A stretch of DNA of 64,000 nucleotides from Azolla caroliniana (Eukaryota; Plantae; Polypodiophyta): positions 1,488,001 through 1,552,000 of the forward strand of contig JBHGNT010000009.1 of the NCBI GenBank assembly GCA_043228905.1. The letters run 5' to 3'. The notes under the pieces are model-generated. The model did no database searches. It had not been told where the DNA came from and saw only the letters and a list, made by a program, of their open reading frames with translations. Position 1 is the first letter of the stretch. Each line of letters starts with the position of its first letter. A program made the translations under genes and the position numbers. Below are positions 47,001 through 56,431 of this stretch, piece by piece.

Positions 47001-49961
47001 AGCAAGGACGAATCAAAGCCGGTACACATCGCCAAAGAAATGAAGCCGGAAGATAAAGCGGCGATGATCAAACTTCTCACGGAGTTTCGCGACGTATTCG
47101 CCTGGTCATACGAAGACATGCGAGGGCTGGACCCTCAATTATATCAGCATCAGATCCACTTAGGCAAGGACGCGAAACCAGTGGCGCAACGACGATACCG
47201 AATGAACCCCAACTACGCCGCCAAAGTAAAAGAGGAAATCGACAAACTCCTAAGAGTGGGCTTCATCCGGCCGGTAAAGAAAGCGACGTGGCTGAGCCCC
47301 ATCGTCGTCGTCCCCAAGAAGAACGGTAAAATCCGTGTGTGTGTAGATTACAGGAAACTAAATGCCGCCACAATTACGGATGCATTCCCTCTTCCGTTCA
47401 CGGATGGAGTACTGGATGCCGTCGCCGGTCATGAAGTTTATAGCTTTCTAGACGGTTTCAGCGGGTACAATCAAATCCGGATGCACCCGGACGACCAGGA
47501 GAAGACAGCGTTCGTCACCGAATGGGGGGTGTTTGTGGCCGAAGTCATGATGTTCGGCCTAAAAACGGCACCAGCAACTTTCCAGCGAATCATCATGGAG
47601 ATCTTCGGAGAATACATCCCTGCCTTCATGCAAGTTTTCCTGGATGATTTTGCAGTCTATAGCCGGGGAAAAGACCATTTGCAGCACCTACGGTTATGCC
47701 TTGAAAAGTGTAGGTTATACCGGCTAAGCTTAAATCCAGCAAAATGCATCTTCGGGGTTTCAAGTGGAATATTGCTGGGACACATTGTAAGTAAGGAGGG
47801 CATTGCGGTCGACCCGGACAAAGTAAATGCCATACTAGGGGCACCGGCGCCGAAAACGGCCAAAGCACTAAGCCGATTCTTAGGACAGATCCGGTGGCAC
47901 AGCCGGATGCTCCGTCACTTGGCTGACTTGGCTACACCATTACACACCGCGGTACATCGGACACCGTTCCAATGGACGGATACGGAGGATAAGGCATACA
48001 ATGCCCTGAAGGTACTTTTATCGCAAGCACCCGTCGTGCAGCCTCCGGATTGGAGCAAGGAATTTCACGTGTTCGTGGACGCGTCCGACATCGCTATTGG
48101 CAGCGCCTTAATGCAGCTTACGGAGCCCAAATGGTACCGGCCGGTATATTACGCCAGCCGGAAGCTGTCCCAAGCGGAGAAGAACTATTCAACGACGGAA
48201 CGGGAGGCTCTCGGCATGATCTACAGTGTCACAAAGTTTCGGCACTACCTATTGGGAAGGAAGTTCTCCTTTCATGTGGATCACTCGGCGCTTCTGTACT
48301 TAGTGTCCAAGGCGTCCCTGACCGGTAAGTTGGCCCGTTGGACCTTGCTGTTGCAGGAGTTCGAATTCGAGATTTTCCACCGGCCCGGTATCCAGCATGC
48401 CGTAGCAGACTACCTGAGCCGGTTAGAGTCCGGAGAACCAGGCGACGGAGTAGCGGATGAATTCCCGGACGCGGAGTTATTCCGTATCACCCCGGAAACG
48501 GCAGCGGACGACACGGTGGCATCAGAAGATAAATGGCTGACAAACATGCACCAGTTCCTAAGCACGGGCCTGCCACCGGAGGAAATGAACCGGGACGAGA
48601 GGAAACGACTGGCGGTGCAGAGCCGCAATTTCTGTCTGTTACGGGACACTCTCTACCACAAAGGAGCAGATGGAATATGGAGACGGGCAGTCCGTAGTGA
48701 CGAGAAAGAAGTAATCTTACGGGAAGCACACTGTGGGGTTGCCGGAGGACACTATGCCGGGGAAGCGACGGCAAGAAAGGTATGGCAGAGCGGCTTATGG
48801 TGGCCCACGACCCTAAAAGATGCCGTCAGGTATGCTAAGGAATGTGACCTATGCCAACGAATGGGCCAGCCTACGGAGCAAGCACGGATGCCACACCAAC
48901 CGGTACTTCCACTAGAGCCATTCCAGAAGTGGGGATTGGATTTTGTCGGACCGTTCAAGCCACCGGCAATGAGAACGGGTAATCGTTATGTCATCGTGGC
49001 AACGGATTATTGCACGAAATGGGTGGAAGCTAAGGCCCTGAGAGACAACACCGCGTCATCCACAGCAAAATTCCTGTACGAGAACATTTGGTGCCGATAT
49101 GGATGTCCGATTGAACTGATCAGCGACCAAGGAGGGCATTTCCTCGGCCAGGTAGTGGAAAGCTTAACAACGTTCTATGCCGTGGTCCATAAAAGAAGCA
49201 CACCGTATTACCCACAGGCGAACGGGTTAGCAGAGTCCACCAACAAAACGCTGCAGAACATTCTCCGCAAAATTGTCAATGAAAACCGGACGGACTGGGA
49301 CACAAAGCTCCATAGTGCGCTATGGGCGTACAGAACGGCATACAAAACGAGTATCCGGACAACGCCGTTCCGGTTAGCATTCGGCTTAGAAGCGGTCATG
49401 CCGGTCGAGTTTCAGGTACCAAGCTTACGGATCCAACTACGGGAACGGCTGAATGAAAAGAAGTCGGAGGAAATACGGCTAGCAGCACTATGCGAACTGG
49501 AGGAGCAACGGCTGGCCAGCATCCTCCACATGGAACTGGAGCAACGACGACGGAAAGCGTTCGTTGACCGTCACCGGAAAGGTAACGAAAAGATGTTCGA
49601 AATCGGAAAGCCGGTGCTAGTATTCCAAACGAGGATGGGCAAGATGCCGGGTAAACTCCGGTTCAGATGGACAGGCCCGTATTGGCTGACACGGGAATAC
49701 AACGGGTCCTATCAGATAGGGACACTGGCCGGGGAAGTACTAGGCAAGTGGGTGAATGGATTTCGACTAAAGCCCTATAAAGGACCGATGCCAAAGAACC
49801 CGTTTATGCAGCTCACCGGCACTACACCAGGAACCTGTCCGGGATCGGTACGGATTGATCCGGAAGAAAAAGACGACGGGGAACCCGTAGTAAATACGAA
49901 GGAAGACACGGCAACCCGTAAGGAAAACGGTCAGGGTCCGGAGGGACCTACGGATGTGTAA
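44097..49961 (+). CDS. Element H single-frame Gag-Pol (1954 aa)
   Basis: CCHC knuckles, VIDGGSGVN (PR), CVDYRKLN/SFLDGFSGYNQI/VFLDDF (RT), FVDASDIAIG (RH), WGLDFVGP/ISDQG (INT), WTGPY; no chromodomain. Confidence 0.95.
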   Translation: MTRPTHDLGTDRARRLAERQRRRETFQQAAQEIRSDRSFSNEIRRVAEESLRLRQTRDQDDGSSLSSLRETERLLEALANGENEAEAFSAYESDSEGGYSVHTNYRSSNDTPGGPEDDGSDNVPTPEPEPLNQGYPEPQTEAVNPPTPEVEQAKPPTPTKGPAKVPEEEPEKEPEEGPAKEPEVEPEKEPEKYQQTPLNRSLILDDDMPFQYSKYRDDPDAEAHVDDFEQTWEANHTSQRMTPEEEERSKIAEFGVTLEGPATRWRRSQDPATITTFAELKAKFLHFFHKEVDQTTMVGLFYTIRQEAGESIPQFVIRFQRMHSQLARAPPEEELRTIFLNALREPLRTVCTVIDFRGCTIDQVIDRVREMEKTSSWLTLGTLQRALPTEEDLRFRQAIQCTICLNAGHSAVECTMRTQCVICQSKSHTTDRCEYNLLNRQAPPVRRIEPRSSRDEDDDRWQRGNRYPPAQDVRYGDRQENDGRYGNRRDNYDRYERSDRYREPNRRHEQYDRDHSPGYRRHQEDYGRCYDPPRPDYRNKHKNNKKRNFKKGGHPRDPEHGIPRSQPAQNAPLATGPTPATSNAESSNTRKEYCYYCRQEGHYSNQCPVKSYEKRPAVNMVVPEVTDVQQVTTRSKGMAKEWETQEAIRRQATEWVKEANEKNIADAERQKANTIGSAGGSHPENETWQALQECQITLPLGRLLQLVPRFTEGLKTGMTDGIAPPAPVLFSNPEEGPTVVDTSSPVITAIVKGHELPGTVIDGGSGVNVISLRTCDALGIHEWEPCPFWLRMADTSSVRPTGLIRKLEVTIGGHTFHISAVVLQLQAQGAYPLLLGRPWLKTAHIKQNWRKNMITFRRGKAKVRVPTQPRTSNGKECTPLYAECVNMLEGLADDEEAQYLEEHPKIVPLFEIDVAEAVAAYLPQRDDIEAEPDKDAIRELRQAQEALEREMAVSQRVKASQLDEVNLGSKDESKPVHIAKEMKPEDKAAMIKLLTEFRDVFAWSYEDMRGLDPQLYQHQIHLGKDAKPVAQRRYRMNPNYAAKVKEEIDKLLRVGFIRPVKKATWLSPIVVVPKKNGKIRVCVDYRKLNAATITDAFPLPFTDGVLDAVAGHEVYSFLDGFSGYNQIRMHPDDQEKTAFVTEWGVFVAEVMMFGLKTAPATFQRIIMEIFGEYIPAFMQVFLDDFAVYSRGKDHLQHLRLCLEKCRLYRLSLNPAKCIFGVSSGILLGHIVSKEGIAVDPDKVNAILGAPAPKTAKALSRFLGQIRWHSRMLRHLADLATPLHTAVHRTPFQWTDTEDKAYNALKVLLSQAPVVQPPDWSKEFHVFVDASDIAIGSALMQLTEPKWYRPVYYASRKLSQAEKNYSTTEREALGMIYSVTKFRHYLLGRKFSFHVDHSALLYLVSKASLTGKLARWTLLLQEFEFEIFHRPGIQHAVADYLSRLESGEPGDGVADEFPDAELFRITPETAADDTVASEDKWLTNMHQFLSTGLPPEEMNRDERKRLAVQSRNFCLLRDTLYHKGADGIWRRAVRSDEKEVILREAHCGVAGGHYAGEATARKVWQSGLWWPTTLKDAVRYAKECDLCQRMGQPTEQARMPHQPVLPLEPFQKWGLDFVGPFKPPAMRTGNRYVIVATDYCTKWVEAKALRDNTASSTAKFLYENIWCRYGCPIELISDQGGHFLGQVVESLTTFYAVVHKRSTPYYPQANGLAESTNKTLQNILRKIVNENRTDWDTKLHSALWAYRTAYKTSIRTTPFRLAFGLEAVMPVEFQVPSLRIQLRERLNEKKSEEIRLAALCELEEQRLASILHMELEQRRRKAFVDRHRKGNEKMFEIGKPVLVFQTRMGKMPGKLRFRWTGPYWLTREYNGSYQIGTLAGEVLGKWVNGFRLKPYKGPMPKNPFMQLTGTTPGTCPGSVRIDPEEKDDGEPVVNTKEDTATRKENGQGPEGPTDV

Positions 49962-50351
49962 GGTCACACACCGTCATTAAAAATTATAAAAAATAAAAAA
50001 AATAAAAAAAATAATAATAAAAAATCATTAAAAATCGAGGTATGAACGGGTGTGAAAGCGAGGCGCGAAAAGGTACGTAGTGGGCATTTAAGAGACGCCA
50101 CGCTACTTAATACTAAATTAGTACACGACGTGTGCATGCTCGAAAAAGGCGCCAAAACGCACAAAGAAGAAGCAGAACGCATGGAGACCTTTTCATTTCG
50201 CGAGCCAAGAAGCACAGAAGCACCAAGACAGTGGAAGCTGAGCAAACGCGAACCTGCACGCAGAGAACCCCCGCGCTCAGAACGCTCTCTCTCTCGCTCT
50301 CACTCTCATCACCACTCTACTTCGCCATCTTCCCTCGACCTTGAAGCAGAC

Positions 50352-53024
50352 ATGGAACCACAAACGCTGTCGGAAGCGGCCAGGAAATGGTTCAGGCAAA
50401 ACGGACTGGAGGGGTTCTTGGCCATCATGGAGGCACCGCCGCACAGAGAAGCAGACCGGGTCATCAAGGAGCTCGCCACAGAGGTCATCACCGAGGAAGC
50501 GATCCACGCGCTAACAGGCCTTCCGGAGGGAGGAATCTTTCAGATCGATAACCCAACCTCGGAGCAACTCACCCGATATTTCGGTGAGTACTCTGTTGCC
50601 GGCAAAGGCTATCGGACGCAGGGCGGCGAAGATCCGCTATTCAGGGAGATAGCTCGAGTGCTCCACGAGTACGGTCACGTGTACCCCCGACCCCCTGTCA
50701 TGCCAAAAAATCGGGCAGGGATGATCATAGCCACCTATGAAGGGGTCAAGGTGGACTGGCCGGTGCTGATTGCAGACGGGTTGTGCATGGCAATCGACAT
50801 GGTACGAGGGAAGGACGGCAAGGAGGGCCGGAAGCTGTGGCACGCCGTAGCTCAATGGATCACATTGCTCGTGCCGCCGGTCGAGACCGTCCAGCCAAAG
50901 AAGCGGCCAAGAGTATCGGAAGGAAGCACCTCGAAGCCGGCGTCCAAACGACAGCAGCTGCTGGCGTCGAAGGCGACGAAAGGGAAGAAACGGGTCCCAG
51001 AACCGGAGGAGGTGTCACCGGTCTGACCCGTCAAGATAACCTTACGGAGACCGGGACAGAAGGAACCGGAACCCCTGACGGCACAGAAGTATGCCGTGAC
51101 ACAGGAAGAGGAAACGGAGGAGCCAGAAGAGCACCTCCAACGACGGTCAAGAAGTAGGACCGCCGAGACAGGAGGGGAGCGGTCGTACCCGCGAGAGGCA
51201 GAAACGCCCCCAACTCAACCTGAGCAAGCCACAAGGGAAGAACCGGAACCGGTGCGCAGGGAACCGGTCTTGTCGACTTCTATAGAAGAAGTCAGTCCAA
51301 CGGCTCCGAAGACGGCGAGAACCGGAACTCAACAGCCGGAGAGCCCAGCCAGAGCACACGGCGGCCAAGGAGTAGAACCAGAACGGCATATGCAGGCACT
51401 CAGAGCAGACAATTCCACAGGGAATGAGCCGACCCGACCAGTACAGCAACAAGGCACCGGTAGCATGTGGCTACGATGGGTAGGCGAGCAAATCGCCGGA
51501 GTGGTCGAGTATATAGAGGCGGAAGAGAGAGCGCACCAGGAACGGTTGCTCGTCACAACCGTAGATCTAGAGACGGCCCGGTCCAGAATCCGGAGCCTTG
51601 AACAAGACTTGGACAAGGTCACAAGGGAAACACAAGTCCAAGCACCGGTGACTCCGGGCAGTGTACAGAATAAAGTGTCAGATCAACCTGTACATAGCAA
51701 TCAGACCCCGGCAACGGAAACCGTTCCGGAGAAAAATGCGGCACAAGAGCTTGCGGATTTAAAGGATGAGCTTGCTGCCCAAGAAGCGCTGAGGAGCCGC
51801 GAAAGAGAACTGAAGACGGCAGCGGAGGCAGAACTCAAAAAGACTGCTGAGAATCTACGCCGGGCCGAGGAGGGCTTACGGAAAGGCCATCAAGCGTACG
51901 ACCGGCTCAAGGAGGAGAAGGAGAAAATGCTGCAAGAGAAGGAGAGACTCCGGAGGAACGCCGAAACAGAAGTAGAGCGCCTGAAAGAGGAACTCCGGCA
52001 GGTAAAGGACCGGGAAGACCGGAACCATCGCCAGATCAACGGCAAGCTCAAACTCAAAACAGAGGAATTTGAGAACTTGCACCGGGAGTATAAACGGGTG
52101 CAAACGGAGCACAAGGAACGGATGGATGAGCTCCGGCAAGCAGTTGATCGGACCGCAACCGCATTCGCCAAGGAACAAGCGGAAAACAGAAAACGGTTGG
52201 AAGAGGCGGAGAAGGTTCGGACAGAGCTCCTCAGACAACAGCAGGCGGAGAAAGAAAGAGCGGCGGAGGTACTGCAGAGGCTGCAAACGACATATCAAGG
52301 GCAGCTGACGCGCTACAGGGAGCAGGCGGAGGATACGGCAAACCTCATCAAGCAGTTGAAGGAGGAGCGACAAGTGGTGGAAAGCAGAGCACAGATGGGA
52401 GCAAGTCGCATCCAAGATATAATGCGGGCCTGGTTGAACTAGACCAAGAGCTTGATTGACAACAGTTCCGTCAAATGGTGGACCAAGTGGGCCACGAACG
52501 CGGCGGAACTCCAATTGCTCCGGGCTGACGTAGAGAACCGGCGGAAGGAGGGAGATGATTGCTATATGCTGACTTCCGAAGACTTCACCGGCATAAGAGA
52601 TGAGCTGGCCGAAGACTTTCAAGCCTTGGCAGAAGACCAATTAGAGCAAGTCCGGCAACTTGTAGCTCAGCTGGACGACGACAGGCTGGAGGCGCAGATC
52701 CAGTTTGAAAGCTACGAGAGGTCCCGGATCCGGGGAGAGAAAGAACGAGAACCAGTTACGGTCAACCTCAGTGATGAGGAACCGTTACTGGAAGGAGACC
52801 GGACCGGAAGCAGTCAAACGGAGATGCCGGAGCCAGAGAGACAAACGGAGCAGCCGGAGTCAGCGAAACAAATGGAGCAGCAGCAGCAAGCAGAGCAGCC
52901 GGAGCAACCTCAGTCACAACCGCAATCACAGCAGCAGCAGCAAGCACAGCCGCAACAACCACAACCGAAAGAACAAGCGGAAATTCTTGAACCAAGTATT
53001 TTGGACAATTTGGGTGAACAATGA
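50352..53024 (+). pseudogene. Element H extra (env-position) ORF, about 890 codons, with two in-frame stops
   Basis: ORFs 50052-51026, 51096-52442 and 52452-53024 share one frame, separated only by TGA (51024) and TAG (52440). ITEEAIHALTGLP motif, long coiled-coil-like region, Q-rich tail. Confidence 0.8.
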
Positions 53025-53485
53025 AGGGGCCGAGAAGGGTTCGACGTACAAGGTACTGTCCCACGGGCGTGCCATGTGTTACCGGCCGGCAAGGAGTCCA
53101 AAATACGGAATTAATTAGATGGTTGTAAATGAGCATAGTGTGGACGGACGGACTGGAAACGGTATGCCGTTCCAGATCCGGACGGATCCCGAATAGGTGC
53201 GAGAGACACCGTTTTGTAATACGGGCCGGAAACCTATTTAAAGGCCCGGACCCCATTGTAATGACAGCGGATAATTAATAGAGCTTATGATGTTTGTATT
53301 TCTGTCTTGATTTCCGTTCTGTAATTACTGTTATATCTTACGCGTGTAATTAACCAAAGCAATCTAATCGTGTAACCTACGTAAGTCGGTGTAATCGTTG
53401 AATCTTAATCCTATGCCGTAATCACCTTTGGTGAAGTGTCTCCGTGACACCTTGTGTTAGGCCTTGTCCGGCTAAGAGAATAACA

Positions 53486-54160
53486 ACCACTTCTATTCAC
53501 TCTAGATTGTTCTTCTTGCAAAAGAAGAGACACAACCTCATCAAATGCGTACATATCCGTATTCCCTTTTGCAACCAAACGAATAGTAGTAGCAAAGCTT
53601 TGAAAAGATTCGGGTAATCCTTTCAACAACGTAGAGACAAGTGATGTATTCGAAATGATCTCATCAATGTTTGCCAATTGCTCTTTCAAATCTTTAATGC
53701 GTGTCACATACACATCTACCGACTCATTTTCAGCCATATATACATCCTCAAGTTGCTTTCTCAAATATGCAACACGTGCTTCGTTACGCACGGCATACAA
53801 CGAAGCAAGAGTGTCCCATGCTTGTTTGGACGTAGAGCATGACCGAATATGTGGAACTATATGACGCTTCACAGAAAGTGCAATCAATGCATGAGCTTGA
53901 GCATCTTTTCCATCCCATCTAAGTTGCTCTTGTGTTGGTGGAGTAGATGAAGTCACTGTGCTCGAAGATGAACCTGTATCTGTGATAGTAGACTGTGAAG
54001 TAGTAGGACCGGCGGGGCGTCGATCTACATCTACCACTATGTTCCATAGTTGTTTGGCAACAAGAACGTGTTTCATCATGTAGGACCACATTGGATAGTT
54101 TGTCCCATCAAGCTTATCTTCAGCTTGAAGCATGCCAAACAAATCACCATTGTTTGCCAT
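53486..54160 (-). CDS. Element G gag 5' part
   Basis: MANNGDLFGMLQAEDKLDGTNYPMWSYMMKHVL..TLLKGLPESF, Copia gag-like. Confidence 0.9.
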
Positions 54161-55042
54161 TTTACCAAAGAACAAGAAAGTGGTAAAATATTACCTCAAC
54201 AAATCGGAAATGAGTGCTGAAAATGCAGCTCACAAACTATCACTCGGATGACGATTTCGACTACACGAACGGCTTCGAAATGGGGGTAAAACAGTAGGGT
54301 ACCTGCTGAAAATGCGCTCCAAGTGCTGAAATACACTTCTCTATATTCGGAAGTTGATTTTGCACAATGAAAAGTGCGCGCGCGCCGCGACACCGCGATG
54401 CGGACAACCGAAGATGGAGAGGATGAAGAACTTGGCTCTGATACCACTGTTGGGTATGTGAGGAAGAGTGGGAAACACACAAGAAGCTCAAAGAAGGAAG
54501 CACTCACACGAGGAAGGCAATGGCTGGAATAGCTCTCTATTGATGAATGAATCTTAAAAAAAATTAGGAGCTGAAATATATATCCCTAAGTACTAAGTAC
54601 CACCACATATGAGTGACTCATGTATGTGGTAACATGGGGAAAAAACCTCTACCCAGCACTAGAGTAAAAAGTGCCCATGTATAGGGAAAATGGTTCACAT
54701 CAAAGCTACTAGAGGAACACGCAAGTGTAACAGTACTTAAGGGGGGGGTAGGTTATTAATATCTATGTCGTTTGCAAGTAACCAACTCACCACAGTGCTA
54801 TACCAAGAGCTAGTGTATCCAGACGCATGTAGGGATCGGGATGCCTCAAAGGCTCGACGGGATATCCTATCTTGTGGTTGGCTATGTATCCGATGAATAA
54901 AAACTACCACTTGAAAGAGTGCTTCTACTAACATCGGGGGTAGACTGAACTCTGCTCTAATAATGTCATGTGGTACTGTCAATTTGTTTCGAAGTTGACG
55001 TGATAACATCGTCACCAAAGGTCTCTCTAATTGCGTCCACAT

Positions 55043-55361
55043 GAGAGAGAGAGAGAGAGAGAGGATGATAATAACATATGATATATTATGTGAAGAGTAA
55101 GTACAAAATAGTTATGAGGCTTAAGACTGGTGTTGAACCAATTTGGTTTGAAATAATGCCTTGTGCCTCTTTTTATAGTGTTCTCATGAATAGTCCTAAA
55201 GCTTCTAGAATGTTCCAGAGAAATCTGGAATATACAATAATTTTCTATAGTAATTATTAAATTAAAATAATATCCTACGTATTACAATAGATAATGTAAT
55301 GGTCAAGAGCTTGACCCATATAACATAAGGTTATGGGTTCGAGTCTTCCCATATCATGACA
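55043..55361 (-). repeat. Element A 5' LTR, U3/R half (TATA at about 55169-55177)
   Basis: Matches 7080-7376; ends TGACA followed by TSD GTGTG. Confidence 0.9.
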
Positions 55362-55426
55362 GTGTGCACCACGAAAATTGATTTCCCCATACCAAATGAC
55401 CAATCTTTCCATGGGTCCTCGACCAC

Positions 55427-56107
55427 CAACTTTGGAATCGGGAAAACTAATCGAGGCAATGCCAATATTGATTGTCAAATATAACCATATCCATGTGGTA
55501 TATATGAAACTTATTTCTGATTGTCCAAAAGGCCATCATTCCTAGGTGACTCTAAGATATCATCCACAGTTACCAAGCCTAGATTCGATTGAACTTTGTC
55601 CTTCACACAGATCTCTCTTTACTGTCTCTCTCTCTCCACAACTCTGGAATCAGGAAAACTAATCTAGGCAATGCCAATATTGATTGCCAAATATAACCAT
55701 ATCCACGTGGTATATGAAACTTATTTCTGATTGTTTGAAAGGCCATCATTTTCCTAGGTGACTCTAAGATATCACCTTCCACAGTTACCAAGCCTAGCCT
55801 TGCCATTCAATTGAACTTTGTCCTTCACACGGATCTCTCTTTATTCTCTTCTCTTCTCTTCTCTCTCTCTCTACACAACTTTGGAATTAGGAAAACTAAT
55901 CTAAGCAATGCCAATATTGATTGCCAAATATACCCATATCCACGTGATATATGAAACTTATTTCTGATTGTAATTTGACTGAAAGGCCATCATTTTTCCT
56001 ACGTGACTCTAAGATACCAATCTTCCATAAGTCTTACATAGTTACCAAGCGTAGCCTCGCCATTCGATTGTAGTTTGTCCTTCACACATCCTTCGCTTTC
56101 TTCTCTT

Positions 56108-56143
<36 letters not shown>

Positions 56144-56145
56144 TG
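55427..56145 (+). repeat. Three tandem 210-240 bp units in the MBF1 promoter, with G-box motifs
   Basis: Units start at about 55427, 55639 and 55876 (caactttggaat..ggaaaactaatc); CACGTG at 55704 and 55941; each unit ends in a CT tract. Confidence 0.88.
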
Positions 56146-56208
56146 ACACACACACACACGTTTGTGTAAAAATGTGGATAAGATATTTTTTGACTGTATT
56201 TTCATAGT

Positions 56209-56216
56209 TAGGGTTT
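56209..56216 (-). promoter_or_regulatory. Telo-box (AAACCCTA) in the MBF1 proximal promoter or leader
   Basis: TAGGGTTT about 85 nt upstream of the ATG; a known plant promoter element, but a short motif. Confidence 0.45.
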
Positions 56217-56298
56217 TGACACAGAGACAGACAGACAGGAAGCGAGGACAGAAGAAGAAGAAAGTCAGAAGACACAGGAAAGGGAAGGGAAGGACGGC

Positions 56299-56431
56299 AT
56301 GGCTGATCTGAGGCAAGACTGGGAACCCGTGGTGATCAGAAAGAAGGCTCCCACCGCAGCTGCCACTAGAGACGAGAAAGCTGTGAACGCTGCCCGTCGC
56401 GCAGGAGGTCCCATCGAAACAGTCAAGAAAT
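56299..56431 (+). CDS. MBF1: Multiprotein bridging factor 1 (MBF1a/b type), exon 1
   Basis: MADLRQDWEPVVIRKKAPTAAATRDEKAVNAARRAGGPIETVKK; donor GTATGT at 56432. Confidence 0.96.

Larger units (their letters stand above)
43637..53485 (+). mobile_element. Element H: very young Athila-like (OTA) Ty3/Gypsy with a 3' extra ORF
   Basis: 409-bp LTRs 43637-44045 and 53077-53485, apparently identical; TSD ACCAC; PBS TGGCGACCAC (tRNA-Arg-like) at 44052. Confidence 0.96.
39704..54732 (-). mobile_element. Element G: young Ty1/Copia LTR retrotransposon
   Basis: 285-bp LTRs 39704-39988 and 54448-54732 (3 differences seen), TSD GTACT, tRNA-Met PBS at 54435-54446, PPT AGGGGGG next to 39989. Confidence 0.96.
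38700..55042 (-). mobile_element. 5'-truncated non-LTR retrotransposon (RTEX/L2-like ORF2 C-terminus), about 1.3 kb net, split by element G
   Basis: Pieces 54738-55042 and 38700-39703 join across TSD GTACT. Degenerate translation QLRISSHQLE..VPREERLCRL..EIEDEHHFACKSPTYAEIR; 3' tail (CTTT)n; flanked by GA repeats. Boundaries approximate. Confidence 0.72.
6963..55361 (-). mobile_element. Element A: Ty3/Gypsy chromovirus (Tf1/Tcn1-like), degenerate; outermost host of the nest
   Basis: TGTCA..TGACA ends, 5-bp TSD GTGTG (6958-6962 and 55362-55366), PPT AAGGGGGGATAG next to 7377, and gag/RT/RNaseH/INT/chromodomain remnants in Gypsy order. Confidence 0.93.

Noticed and set aside
51876-52640. 254-aa Leu-rich antisense ORF in element H
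   Set aside because: Reverse-strand shadow of the Glu/Lys/Gln-rich coiled-coil frame.
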